Shown here: positions 11,210 to 21,600 of the stretch, piece by piece | Layout: the number at the start of each line of letters is the position of its first letter | Position numbering within the stretch: position 1 is the stretch's first letter | NCBI GenBank assembly: GCA_030295235.1 | Contig: AP026140.1 | Coordinates: forward strand, 496,001 to 560,000 | Origin: Fistulifera solaris | Taxonomy: Eukaryota | DNA length: 64,000 nt | Direction: 5' to 3' | Translations under genes and position numbers: made by a program | The notes under the pieces: model-generated | Told to the model about the DNA's origin: nothing | What the model saw: the letters and a program-made list of their open reading frames with translations, nothing else | Database searches by the model: none

Positions 11210-12862
11210 TTAGGCAGCCGCTGCGCTAGGGGCGCTGGACAGAGTCGAACTGACAGGCGCGGTGCTTCCTCCGGATGCACTCGAAGGAGATGTCGTGACC
11301 GTCGGTGCCGCCGTTCCAGCTGGAGCCGGAACCGTGCTACCCGATACAGGTGATGAAGTCACCGTCGGTGCCGCCGTTCCTGCGGGGGCCGGGACGGCGC
11401 TTACCGTCGCACTTGTAGGCACCGCCGTGACGGTTGGTGCAGTCGTTCCTGCTGGGGCTGGAACATCACTTCCTCCCGATGCACTTGAAGGCGAAGTTGT
11501 GACAGTGGGTGCCACAGTTCCTGCGGGGGCTGGAACGGTGCTTCCCATTGCACCTGAAGGAGACGTCGTGACAGTCGGCGCCACGGTTCCAGTTGGAGCT
11601 GGAACGGTACTGCCCGTAGCACCCGAGGGAGATGTCGTAACTGTCGGTGCGACCGTCCCTGTGGGAGCTGGAACGGTGCTGACCGTGGCACTCGAAGGAG
11701 ATGTCGTTACGGTTGGCGCAACCGTGACAGTCGGTGCCACCGTACCTGCTGGAGCCGGCACGTCGCTTACCGTCTCGCTTGAAGGCACCGCCGTGACGGT
11801 TGGTGCCTCTGTTCCGGTTGGGGCTGGTACAGTACTGCCTCCCACCACAGTTGGAGCAGGGCTGACGCTGGGTGAGGCGGTTACCGTCGGCGACGCAGAC
11901 ACTGTGGGTGCGCCCGTTGCATTAGTTCCAATGATGGTCGGTGCAAGTGTGCTCGAAATCGGCGAAGTCGTCACGGTGGGTGCGATTGTTCCTGCTCCAG
12001 TCGGAACCAACGATTCCGTAGGCGTGGTGATGGCCGGCTCTGTAGTGGGTGTAGCGGTACCACTTCTCGTCGGGCGAGCGCTTATACTGGGGGCAGGACT
12101 CACACTGGGCGAGGGACTTCCCGACGTGGTGTCACCGGCGGAAGGACCAATGGTAGGCGAATCCGTGGGGCTGCCTGGCAATACAGATGGCCCGGGAGAA
12201 CTCACGTCGGTTGTCGGGGAGGTCGGTGAAGCGGTTACGGAAGGCACAGTCGTGACAGGGGCAGCTGAGACTCGTCCCGACGTAGGCGCCCCAGTTTGGC
12301 CAACGAATGTGGGAGCGCTGGAAATTGTCGGTGCAAGCGAAGGAGTGGACGCTGGCGGCTCGCGAGGTGCGAAAACACTCAAAAATATAGACGAGTAGCT
12401 ACCTTCTGGCTTCGGCGTCCAATTGTCGGGGAACACCGAGAGAAAGTCTTTTACTGTGTCCGTGACCAATTTGGCGCTGACAGGCGAACGTGTGGGCGTA
12501 GTTTGCTGAGCTTGCGACTCGATCTCCGAATCAGGCTCGGGGTCGCGGTTGCCGCTGAAAATATTTGTAAAGATATTCAAATAAGTTCGAGTGCTCGTTT
12601 CTGGTACATCGGTATTCTTTTTAGTAGATACTGATGACTCTTCTTCACCAAAAACGGACCGAATATTGAGTACATTGAAGAGCCTACGCTCGTAAGACTC
12701 TGATTGCTGGGGTTGCGACGAGATAAGTGTCTTTCGACTTGATCGTACGCGGCCTTTCACGGCATCTTCCCGTTCGGGTCCTGTTTCTTGGCCGATGGCA
12801 ATTTGCGCCGCGACTCCAAACGTCGCGTGTAACGCGATGACCAGAATCGGCAGATTTCGCAT
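11210..12862 (-). CDS. Secreted mucin-like Pro/Thr/Ser/Ala repeat protein
   Basis: Signal peptide MRNLPILVIALHATFGVAA, RRL motif, and about 9 imperfect VPAP(A/T)GT.APTVT.SPS repeats. Confidence 0.85.
   Translation of the reverse strand: MRNLPILVIALHATFGVAAQIAIGQETGPEREDAVKGRVRSSRKTLISSQPQQSESYERRLFNVLNIRSVFGEEESSVSTKKNTDVPETSTRTYLNIFTNIFSGNRDPEPDSEIESQAQQTTPTRSPVSAKLVTDTVKDFLSVFPDNWTPKPEGSYSSIFLSVFAPREPPASTPSLAPTISSAPTFVGQTGAPTSGRVSAAPVTTVPSVTASPTSPTTDVSSPGPSVLPGSPTDSPTIGPSAGDTTSGSPSPSVSPAPSISARPTRSGTATPTTEPAITTPTESLVPTGAGTIAPTVTTSPISSTLAPTIIGTNATGAPTVSASPTVTASPSVSPAPTVVGGSTVPAPTGTEAPTVTAVPSSETVSDVPAPAGTVAPTVTVAPTVTTSPSSATVSTVPAPTGTVAPTVTTSPSGATGSTVPAPTGTVAPTVTTSPSGAMGSTVPAPAGTVAPTVTTSPSSASGGSDVPAPAGTTAPTVTAVPTSATVSAVPAPAGTAAPTVTSSPVSGSTVPAPAGTAAPTVTTSPSSASGGSTAPVSSTLSSAPSAAAA
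11262..11850. repeat. Coding minisatellite, ~60-85 bp imperfect tandem units
   Basis: Recurrent GT(C/T)GGTGC...GTTCC(A/T)G(C/T)...GG(A/G)GC(C/T)GG units with synonymous variation. Confidence 0.8.
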
Positions 12863-13900
12863 GGAATATCGCTTTTGATTAGAATAGCAGATATGAGGTC
12901 TATGTTTATTGATTAAGAGTAATGAATCTGCCCATCACAAAGGGACGAATGAACAACCGCTTCGTTTGGTGAACGAGATAAAAGAAAAAACTTCAGAAGG
13001 CAAGGTTATCTTGAGTATTTAGGAGATTTTATGGTGTTTTCGAGATCTTTCAAGATGAACGGAAAGATTTTTACGTAAATACTACTAATTTTTGCTGATG
13101 GTGATACTCCGATGTACTAATTGCAATCAACCTTTAAAACTTTTTGATACACCAGTGTACGCGTCACGGCTGCTGACAAATTTCAAAAACAATAAGTCCA
13201 TAACTTGATACCTGATGGGCTGATGGGGAAATCAATCACGAACTTGGTTAGTCCCGAGCTTGTGCTGGTCGGTCGTCGGTCGCTGTTCTCTCGCTGGTCG
13301 TGGCCTCGGGAATCCGGAGATGATGAGTCATGAGTCTAGTGTCATTGTGGCACAATTCACCGGTACTGTACCTGGAACAGTAGTCTGACTCAGAGCTCAG
13401 AGCTCGGAGCTTCCGAAACTTACGGACGTTCCAGTTTTAGCACAGAAATAAAGTTCTACAATCTACTATAAAACAATAAAACACGTAGTAGGGATATTTA
13501 CTACTCTTAAAAAAAAAATAAAATAAAAATAAAACAGTGTTATTTCCTTGCTATAAAAGACACAAAGTCCAGTCACTTTTATTACTCAAATGTCTCCAGC
13601 CAATAAGTACAAATTACAAATTACTGGATCTGTAACCTATAAGGCCGTTTCTAACACGTAATAGTGACTGTGTGGACGGTGGACGCGGAATAATTTTAGG
13701 CCTCAGCAAAAGACAAAAGACCGTCATCGAACGACGATGGACGAATGGCTTCTGCCTTCTAAAGTTTAGAGTGTTTAGAAGATAGCCGTCGCAGCCTTCT
13801 GCATCCTGCATTCCGGCACGCGGTGGAAAAAATTACTCCGTGCTTCGCATGAAGCTGAGATTCGCCTGGTGAGCTTTCATTACTTTGCAACTAACCGACG

Positions 13901-15538
13901 ATGTCTGCATTGGTAGCTTTACCGGATGATGCGCTGCAGCAAATTGCGGCGTTTTTGCCACCCAAGGCTATTGCTCATTTTCTTTGCTGCAGCCGAAGCT
14001 TGCACAGCAAGTTCGATACTTCTGATCTTTTCTGGACTCGTCTTCTCCGTGAGCAATTTCCCCAAACAAACCTCGAAAAAATATGTTCTGTGACGAAAGA
14101 TCCGAAAGAGGCATTTTTGGTACAAGTGGGTGCACGTGATCTGAACGCGGTCAAATGGATTCGCCTGGAGCAAGGAGATACGTGGCCGTCTGATCGAGAA
14201 GGACACCTGTGTGCGAGAATGGGAAACTCCATTGTTATGACAGGTGGTTTTACAGACGATGATGATGTCTATGTCTTTGACTTATCGGCAGGTAATACGA
14301 GCAAGACCTTTGCTCGAATTAGACCTACCGTGGAGGCGCATCAAGTACAAGAATCAGCCGATCCTACTAGCAGCCCTCAACTAGCCGCTTCTCAATTAGC
14401 AATTCTCCGGCCTCTGTTTGTCTATGGGGCGTCTTTCACGGCTCTCGACTCAAATAGAGCAGTACGTTTCGGGGGTTTCTGTTCCGGTGGCTATTCCTCA
14501 GAGACCAGTCAGGTTGTGTTGCTCACGTTAAATGGTACAACCGCGTCGTGGCGAGTCGTTTCCTGTAAGCGGCAATCGGGTGGTGACCCGATGAGCCAAG
14601 ACTGGTCGCTTCGGTTGAGTCGAGCGTATCATACTGCGACTTTGCTATTTGATCGGTATTTGTTAATTCTTGGAGGTATGCAGAGAGGTGAATCCACTTG
14701 GGAACCGGCCATTCTCGACACACTGACATGGACCTGGCTAGATCAAGATATTTCTCCATCTGCAGCAACAGCTGTGCATCCATCGAATCGACATGGACAT
14801 TCGGTAGTTGTCGACCCGGTCCGTAATAGATTAGTGCTGTTCGGAGGTGGCAATGGGTCGGATTTGCTACGATCCGGTAGAGATAACACCGAAGTTTGGG
14901 AATGCCCACTGCCTTCGCTGCATGATGACCTCGGTATTTTTCTCAGCACAATGTGGAATTGCCTTCAAGAAGATCAGATAGCGACCATCCTTGGTCATGC
15001 AAATGGGGGAAATGGTGAGATGATGACTGGAGATGACGGTAAAGACTCCCGGCGTCTTACCGCTGTAGAAGCACTCTGTCTTGGTAGATGTCATTCCGCT
15101 TTTCGTGTGAGTCACGACAAGGTGATATTAACATTTGGATCAGGTCGACCATCTACCAATGGGATTCTGGGGTATGACTTGGCTGAGAATGTCTTTTGGA
15201 GGCCCAAGATATTGGGGAAACCTCCACTACCTCGGTTTACTTTCGCGTCGGTTTTTTTGGAAGAATACGGGTACGTCTTCATTCATGGTGGCTTCTCTAG
15301 TCAGTACGGATCTAGTATCGCGGATGGTTGCTTTCTTGACCTTGCTGGAAGTATTGATCGCGCTTGTTCACTAATGGGAGAAAACACTGATGCTCTACCA
15401 CATCCGACTCCAACGAATGCAACGGCGCTGCAGGAGCTAGAGTTTCTCTATTCTGATTCTCGGATCGGTGATCGGTCAAGATCACTGCTTCAATACCTTC
15501 AGGCGCTGGCTCAGGGGGGAATTTGTGGGCAGCGATAA
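13901..15538 (+). CDS. F-box / Kelch-repeat protein
   Basis: N-terminal F-box (LVALPDDALQQIAAFL) and Kelch motifs (PSDREGH...TGG, RAYHTA...LGG, RHGHS...FGG, PRFTF...HGG). The true stop may be 15572 if the G6 run near 15514 has an extra G. Confidence 0.85.
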   Translation: MSALVALPDDALQQIAAFLPPKAIAHFLCCSRSLHSKFDTSDLFWTRLLREQFPQTNLEKICSVTKDPKEAFLVQVGARDLNAVKWIRLEQGDTWPSDREGHLCARMGNSIVMTGGFTDDDDVYVFDLSAGNTSKTFARIRPTVEAHQVQESADPTSSPQLAASQLAILRPLFVYGASFTALDSNRAVRFGGFCSGGYSSETSQVVLLTLNGTTASWRVVSCKRQSGGDPMSQDWSLRLSRAYHTATLLFDRYLLILGGMQRGESTWEPAILDTLTWTWLDQDISPSAATAVHPSNRHGHSVVVDPVRNRLVLFGGGNGSDLLRSGRDNTEVWECPLPSLHDDLGIFLSTMWNCLQEDQIATILGHANGGNGEMMTGDDGKDSRRLTAVEALCLGRCHSAFRVSHDKVILTFGSGRPSTNGILGYDLAENVFWRPKILGKPPLPRFTFASVFLEEYGYVFIHGGFSSQYGSSIADGCFLDLAGSIDRACSLMGENTDALPHPTPTNATALQELEFLYSDSRIGDRSRSLLQYLQALAQGGICGQR

Positions 15539-15673
15539 TGAGAGTGAAGGCAGTGGTGACGTACCCCCATGATAAGTGACAAGCTATTGATTAGTCTAGA
15601 CAAATTTTTTAAAAAAATTACTTTTAGATAATTGTTAATTTTGAATGATAGCCTCCTGTTGCTGTAGCCACAT

Positions 15674-18600
15674 TTACGAGTTCGTGTTACTGTAGTCTTT
15701 CAAAAAGAATCTGCGGCTCTTAAGATCGTAAGGCCGTCTTGCTGGTGGGTCTGAACCACTTACGAAACCAACGAGATTGAGGGAATTGAACTTCCAAATG
15801 CTACCTTGTCGTCCAGAGGAACCACTGTCATCCCAAAGCTTCTGCATCTGCGTGCTCTCCTTGCACCACTCGCGTGGAACGCATCGCATAACGTCAACTT
15901 TCGGCTGTTGATCGGTCTTCGATCCGATAAAGCCTAAAGCGACAAACTCTTCTCCTGGTGGAACTGGTTCCCAAGCATAGAAATGGTTGTTACCGTGTGT
16001 CAGACTCCAGGCCAGGCGGAACCTGGCAGGATGGGGCAGATACTTGTTCAAAACATGCGGTAACCAGCTACTACCCCCAACCCAGCCGCTCGAAGTATCC
16101 GTAATCTCGAGACAGAGGCGTTCATTGCCGTCACGAAGCGGATTATCATACCCGTATCCAGCGAAGTGTCCTAGGCAAATTGCGGCTTTGTTTTGCTTGA
16201 AGCCGCCAGCTTGAATGGAAGGATTCCAAATTGAAATCTTGTCTCTGCTCATGCTTCCCTGGCTATTCCAAATCAAGTTGAATTTCGTAATCTTCTTCAC
16301 TTTTACTTTGATAGAGGCCAAAACAGGTTCTGGGATCACAACTTTCAGCGTGCCTGAATCCTCGGAAGGCATCGGTGGAAGAGGAACCCCTGCGTTGAAT
16401 GACATAGATGGGGCCATATCACTCTCGTCTTCGAAGCCAACGGCGGCCTTGAACTCCTCCAGATTGATGAATCCATCGCTGTCTTTGTCAAGTTCTTTCA
16501 TAAATCCGGCGACAAGCGCCGGGTCAAGTTTAAGACCCAGCCAATCCATACCTTTTCTCAAGTCTTCTTGGTTCAACAGACCATCCCGGTCTCGATCAAT
16601 TGCTGCAAACGCATCCCGCGGATACATTCCCCTCGATTTCAGCAAAGCAGTTATTCGCCCTGCAGCAATCTTGTAGTTAAGTAGATGGTGCTCATCGGCT
16701 GTGATGAAGACCTTCGACAGCGATGTGGTTTCTGGGGCAATTTCCTTGCGCCTTCTATTACTTCGTACTTCGCAGAAAAAGTTGTACCGTCTTTCTAAAT
16801 CGTTGTTCTGCAATGACCTGAGCAGAAGCGTCAATTCTCTTGGCCGGTAGTTGACTTGGCTATCAATAAAGCGGTAACAAGCCTGTGCCGTAGAATCCTG
16901 GAAGCTCTGTGCTGCTTCGTAACCATGTGTGGAATCTAGCGTCGTGCGTTCAGTTCGAAGAGATACGGCGGTGTCTCTTCCTGGGATAAGGGGAAGCATA
17001 GACTGCTGGTGAATAGCAGCTCTCATACACTCAGCTTCAAAAAGAGATAGCGCAACATAGAAGCGGCCTGCTTGCACTCTGTAGAACATCCGCTGTGTTA
17101 GGTAATGCTTGAGCTCGTCAAAAGTGATCGTGCGAGATTGCAAATCAGGTAGGTTTCCAAAAATTTGTCTCCGTCGTCACCGTCGACATCAACGTCGACA
17201 GCTCGAAGCACCTCCCGCAGCTCAGCTACTGAGATTGTCGCAGACGTTTCTAATTTGTCACCAGCTGACCCTAAAAAGGCTGTTTTCAACATCTTCTCCT
17301 GTTCGCGAGTGAGCGGTTTACCGACTGACGCAATTTCTTGCAGTGCACTTTTGGATGGGTAAAAATCCATTGTAACAATGACATTCTTGAGCCTTCGATG
17401 AGTTTTCGTACTCCACTGTTTGTTGTAGTAGTTGCGTGAAATCAGCATGTAGTCAGGGAACTCAAGGGAGACGCCTTTAGAAAATATGTAGTTTTTGACG
17501 GAAAATTCGGAAGCGGGGTAGAAGTACTTTTGAAAAGGCTTGACTTCATTACCGTCTGTCTTGGAGTTCACGTCTGCATTGTGAGCTAGCGACTCGATTT
17601 GCCAAGGAGTAGGCATTTCGTCATCTCTGGAGTATTTCTTCTTTTCGCCGATTCATTTACCACTTCTTCTTCCTCTTCTTCCTCTTCCTCTTCTTCTTCC
17701 TCCTCCTCTTCTTCTTCCTGTTCACATAGAGCATACAACAATGAGTTACATCTAGAGAAATTGATTCTTGGCACGTAATAATACAAACCTGTTCTTTCAA
17801 GACTTCTTCTTCCGCGACTTGTTCTTTCTGAAGCTCGGCGTCCTGATCTTCCTCTGCTGCTTCTGCCACAGAGGGCTCACCAAATTTTTGCTTCGCAAGC
17901 CCTTCCGAATTGACAAGAACCATCAAAATCTTATCAATGACAGCTTTGTCATAGTCAGACTTGATGAACTCCTTTCTTCGTAGAACAGTGTTACGCAGTT
18001 TTTCCGACAGGGGGGTTGGTATAGGAATACTGTTAGGAACGAGGAAGTCAAGTCTTTCGGTGAGAACATCCAAACACTTCTGGATACTGTCGATTCCAAT
18101 CAGTTTGGTTGCTGTCGATGATCCAACTGTTCCAGCTTGGACTACCGCTAAGATCGCGTCGAAATCTTCAGAAGAAAAGTTCGTTGTTTGAAGATCAAGT
18201 TCGAGATCTCCGTCAATGTCGTTTCCGGATTTGTTTGGTCCCCTATTGGCCAGAGCGGCAAACTCTTTGACGCGATGTGCGAATGCAAGCTGTGTCAATT
18301 CGCGGTAGCTAGTTGTCAACAAGCTATAACAACGCTTTCTCGAGACGTTGTCGATACTCTGGTGGCATAACATGCGAAACTGCATGTTTTCGCTTTTCAT
18401 TCCATTAACAGTTAACCACGCGGCGACATTAACGAGAAGCTGTTTGTTGCTAGTCTGAGAGACTAGCGCGTTGCTAGTTGGCCCAGTCGGTAATGGAGAA
18501 GCAATACCAAAGGGGTCGGAGGTTGCATTTGGGTAAGAGTGGACTCCATGGTTTCCGTGGACAACATTACTGCTGAGACGACGATACTGGTCGTCCACTA

Positions 18601-21600
18601 ATCTCATTACCTCAGGAATAATGAAAAGTTCAATGGTCTGACCTTTGCCGATACCGCGCATACGGAAAGCACCTTGAGCATAATCGCGGAAAGTCATATC
18701 TTTTCCAAGAGTGAGAGCGGCTCGCGCATCGATCGCTTGGTGAATATCCATTCCCGTTGTGTGAATTTGGTCGTAAAATGAAAATCGGCGGTGGGGAGGG
18801 ATTCCAGATTGGTTTAGTCTGACCACATTCATGCCGTTTCTCATCAAAATCATTTTGCGATCTTTGTGGTCGAGGAAAACAACACCATCGAATTCTGTTG
18901 GAAGCCCATTATTAAGCAAAAACTTCGCGACGTCGAAATTGCTCATGCCAGTCACGAGTGCTCCGCAGTCAAGCAGAACATGGAATGGAGGCCGTGCGGT
19001 TGCGATGTCAGTTAACAACTTTGCGACAGACCAGTTAGCGTCGAGCAAGCGGCTGCTCACGATTGATTCAGATGTAAGATAATCAATTATCTGACCATCA
19101 ACACCCTCATCATACTCGCATTGACCAAGTTCTTCTGGAAGTAAATCACTCGGTGTCCCGCTAAAGCCAACACGTTTGCCAAACAACATGTCGCCGCCCA
19201 GGTCCTGTCCAGATGCACTTATCTTGTCGTGATGATGTTCCATCGTCAGCGGGAACACAAAGGTGTGCAAATAATACTGGAGAACGCTTGGGATATTTTG
19301 AAGAAGTTTGTAAGTGACACTCATGTGCTGGTCGTCTTTTACGTCAAGAAGATGCAAAGGCCAAATATCATCGGCGCCTCTAGCGCCAATCCGTCCAACT
19401 GGCGCCTTGAAAAAATCTGCCTCTGGATCATCTTTGTTGCCGCTTTCGCCTTCACCTTCCCTGGGGCCCCGCACTTTCCCACCAGCCTCCTCGACCCAGG
19501 CCTTGTACTTGAGGGCTGCCGGTCGCTTGTGAAAAGGACCAAATTCAGAATCAAGCTGTTCTCGAAGAACTCCGATTACGTTTTCGAAATCAGAAAAACG
19601 CAAGCCTTCGTAGCGGTATGCCAAAATCGTCAATCCAATGACAATATCAGGGTGGGAAAATTGGCTTGCTCTGCTGGGGATGTCCTTTCCAACAAAGGGA
19701 ACAGCAGCGAGACGTCGCGCTAAGGAAACACTGGATTCCGTTTCTAGGGTCAATTTTAGATCGAGCTTTGACAGCAGCCCATAACTTACGCGGTTGATCT
19801 TGCTTAGAACGTGAGGCAGAAAGTTCCTCAGCAAGTCGTGGCTTAAATTCAACATTTTCATGTAGTCATCGTCGAGAGCAACATGAACAGCAGATGCGGC
19901 TTGGCGATCCTTTAACGGTCCGTTAACCATGTATGATATCAGATGTCTATCCTCGACCGTCGGAAGACGCTTGTGTCTGAGATAGAGAAGCTGCCACCTC
20001 GCCATGAGAGGTTTCAGTTCTCTATGATAAAAGGCCTTGTTCAACAAAACGAGGTGCGGAGTGTGCTGAAGATGCTTTTCAACAATTCCTTTCCGAATAA
20101 CAGCGGCAATTTCTTGCAAAATAGTTATGGCCTCTCTGCTGTCCTTGAAATCGACTGACATCTTTCCAACTGACGCATAAAATACCCCATCAATAAGATG
20201 CCAGAACAGGTCCCAACGAATTCCGATGCCCAGCTTCCCGCGCGAGTAATCGATAGGATCTTTGTGACCGATTGGCCAATTTAGTTCCGATTTCAAGGGG
20301 TGCAAGATCAAGTCCACTTCGTCTAAAAGTAAACAGCCACTTTTGAAAAGCTTCAGAATCTCGGTGCAATAATAAACATCCTGGGGCTCAACGTCGAATT
20401 CCACAGTCTCGACTTGATCACGGAAACGTCTGGCAATCGCCGAAAGAGAAAACGCCCCGAAGATTCCATTGTTTCGGGCTGCCCTTCTAGCAGCGCCAAA
20501 CTTCTTCTCCTCCAAAATCTTCATCATTTCGACAAACTTCAGCATAAAGGATTTAATACTAGTAGGTGTAGCACAGATGACAGCTTTGCTGTCTCGTGCT
20601 TTGCATAGCTTGAGGTAAAGGTCCCTTGTAATTTTCGTCCCGCGGCTGAAGCTGAAAGTGAATATGGGCTTCCTCACAACCGCTGCAGAATTTTTCTCGC
20701 ATCACACCCCGTGAAAAGTCAAGGAGTGCATGCGGAACAACCTGGGTGACCAAAGATTTACCATCAGCCAGAATGAGAGCCAGAAGCGGAGTAACAACGG
20801 TGGTCTTTCCAGCTCCCATGATCATTTGGTTGCACATCGATCGGCCGCTTTTCATTGCACCGATGAGTTTGTTTACCAGCAGAACTTGACTTTTTCGTAG
20901 CATTAACGAGTAAGTGAATTCAAATACAAGGTATCTTGGATCAAACTCGATAAAATTGCCATCGGGTGTAGGAGTCATAAAATACCTCTCATTCGAAATA
21001 TCAGCGGCTACTTTAGAGGATTGCAACTTGATTTCCTGGCTCATTCGTGATTTGGCGTTAGCATCTTTAGTGCCATTTATGCTGGAGAGAAGTTTATACA
21101 GCTTCGACAAACTGAGGCAAAGCAGATGGTGAGACAAAAAACTTGATAGGTTGAAAATCGGACTGTAATTCATACCTTGAAAGTGCACGGTGCGTTTGGG
21201 ATATTCTGATTGAGGTTAGCATCGCGACAACTGTCAAACTGGTGACTGTTTTGTAAGCGACAGGCGACATGTGCGGATTAAGTGATCGGATGTCATATTC
21301 AGAGTTTGTCGATAAGATTGAAGCAACCAGCAGTTCAAACCAGGGCACTGGTTCACGTTCGCCAACTTGTCCCAGACGAAATCTCAAGAAGTTAATTTCA
21401 TTGTGCACGTTGTCTGGCGAGGGCGTGTCGCTTCTTTCATCACTGGCGGCGATGGCGAGAGCGCGCTTCATCAGATTCCATAACGATTTCCTATCAAAGT
21501 GCATCGCTTGATTCAAAGATTTGATAAGCTTATTCAGCTGTTCCAAGGCCTTAGCCAGCCCAGCTGGGTTAGTGTGAAATGCGTCCACTTCAGCGGGCGT

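Noticed and set aside
11262..12398. 378-aa + strand Val/Gly/Thr-rich ORF
   Set aside because: Antisense shadow of the repeat protein on the - strand; it has no real start or signal peptide.
17657..17720. Poly-Lys/Arg C-terminus (NLS-like) on the 1006-aa ORF
   Set aside because: Produced by reading through an intron; the spliced frame is poly-Glu.
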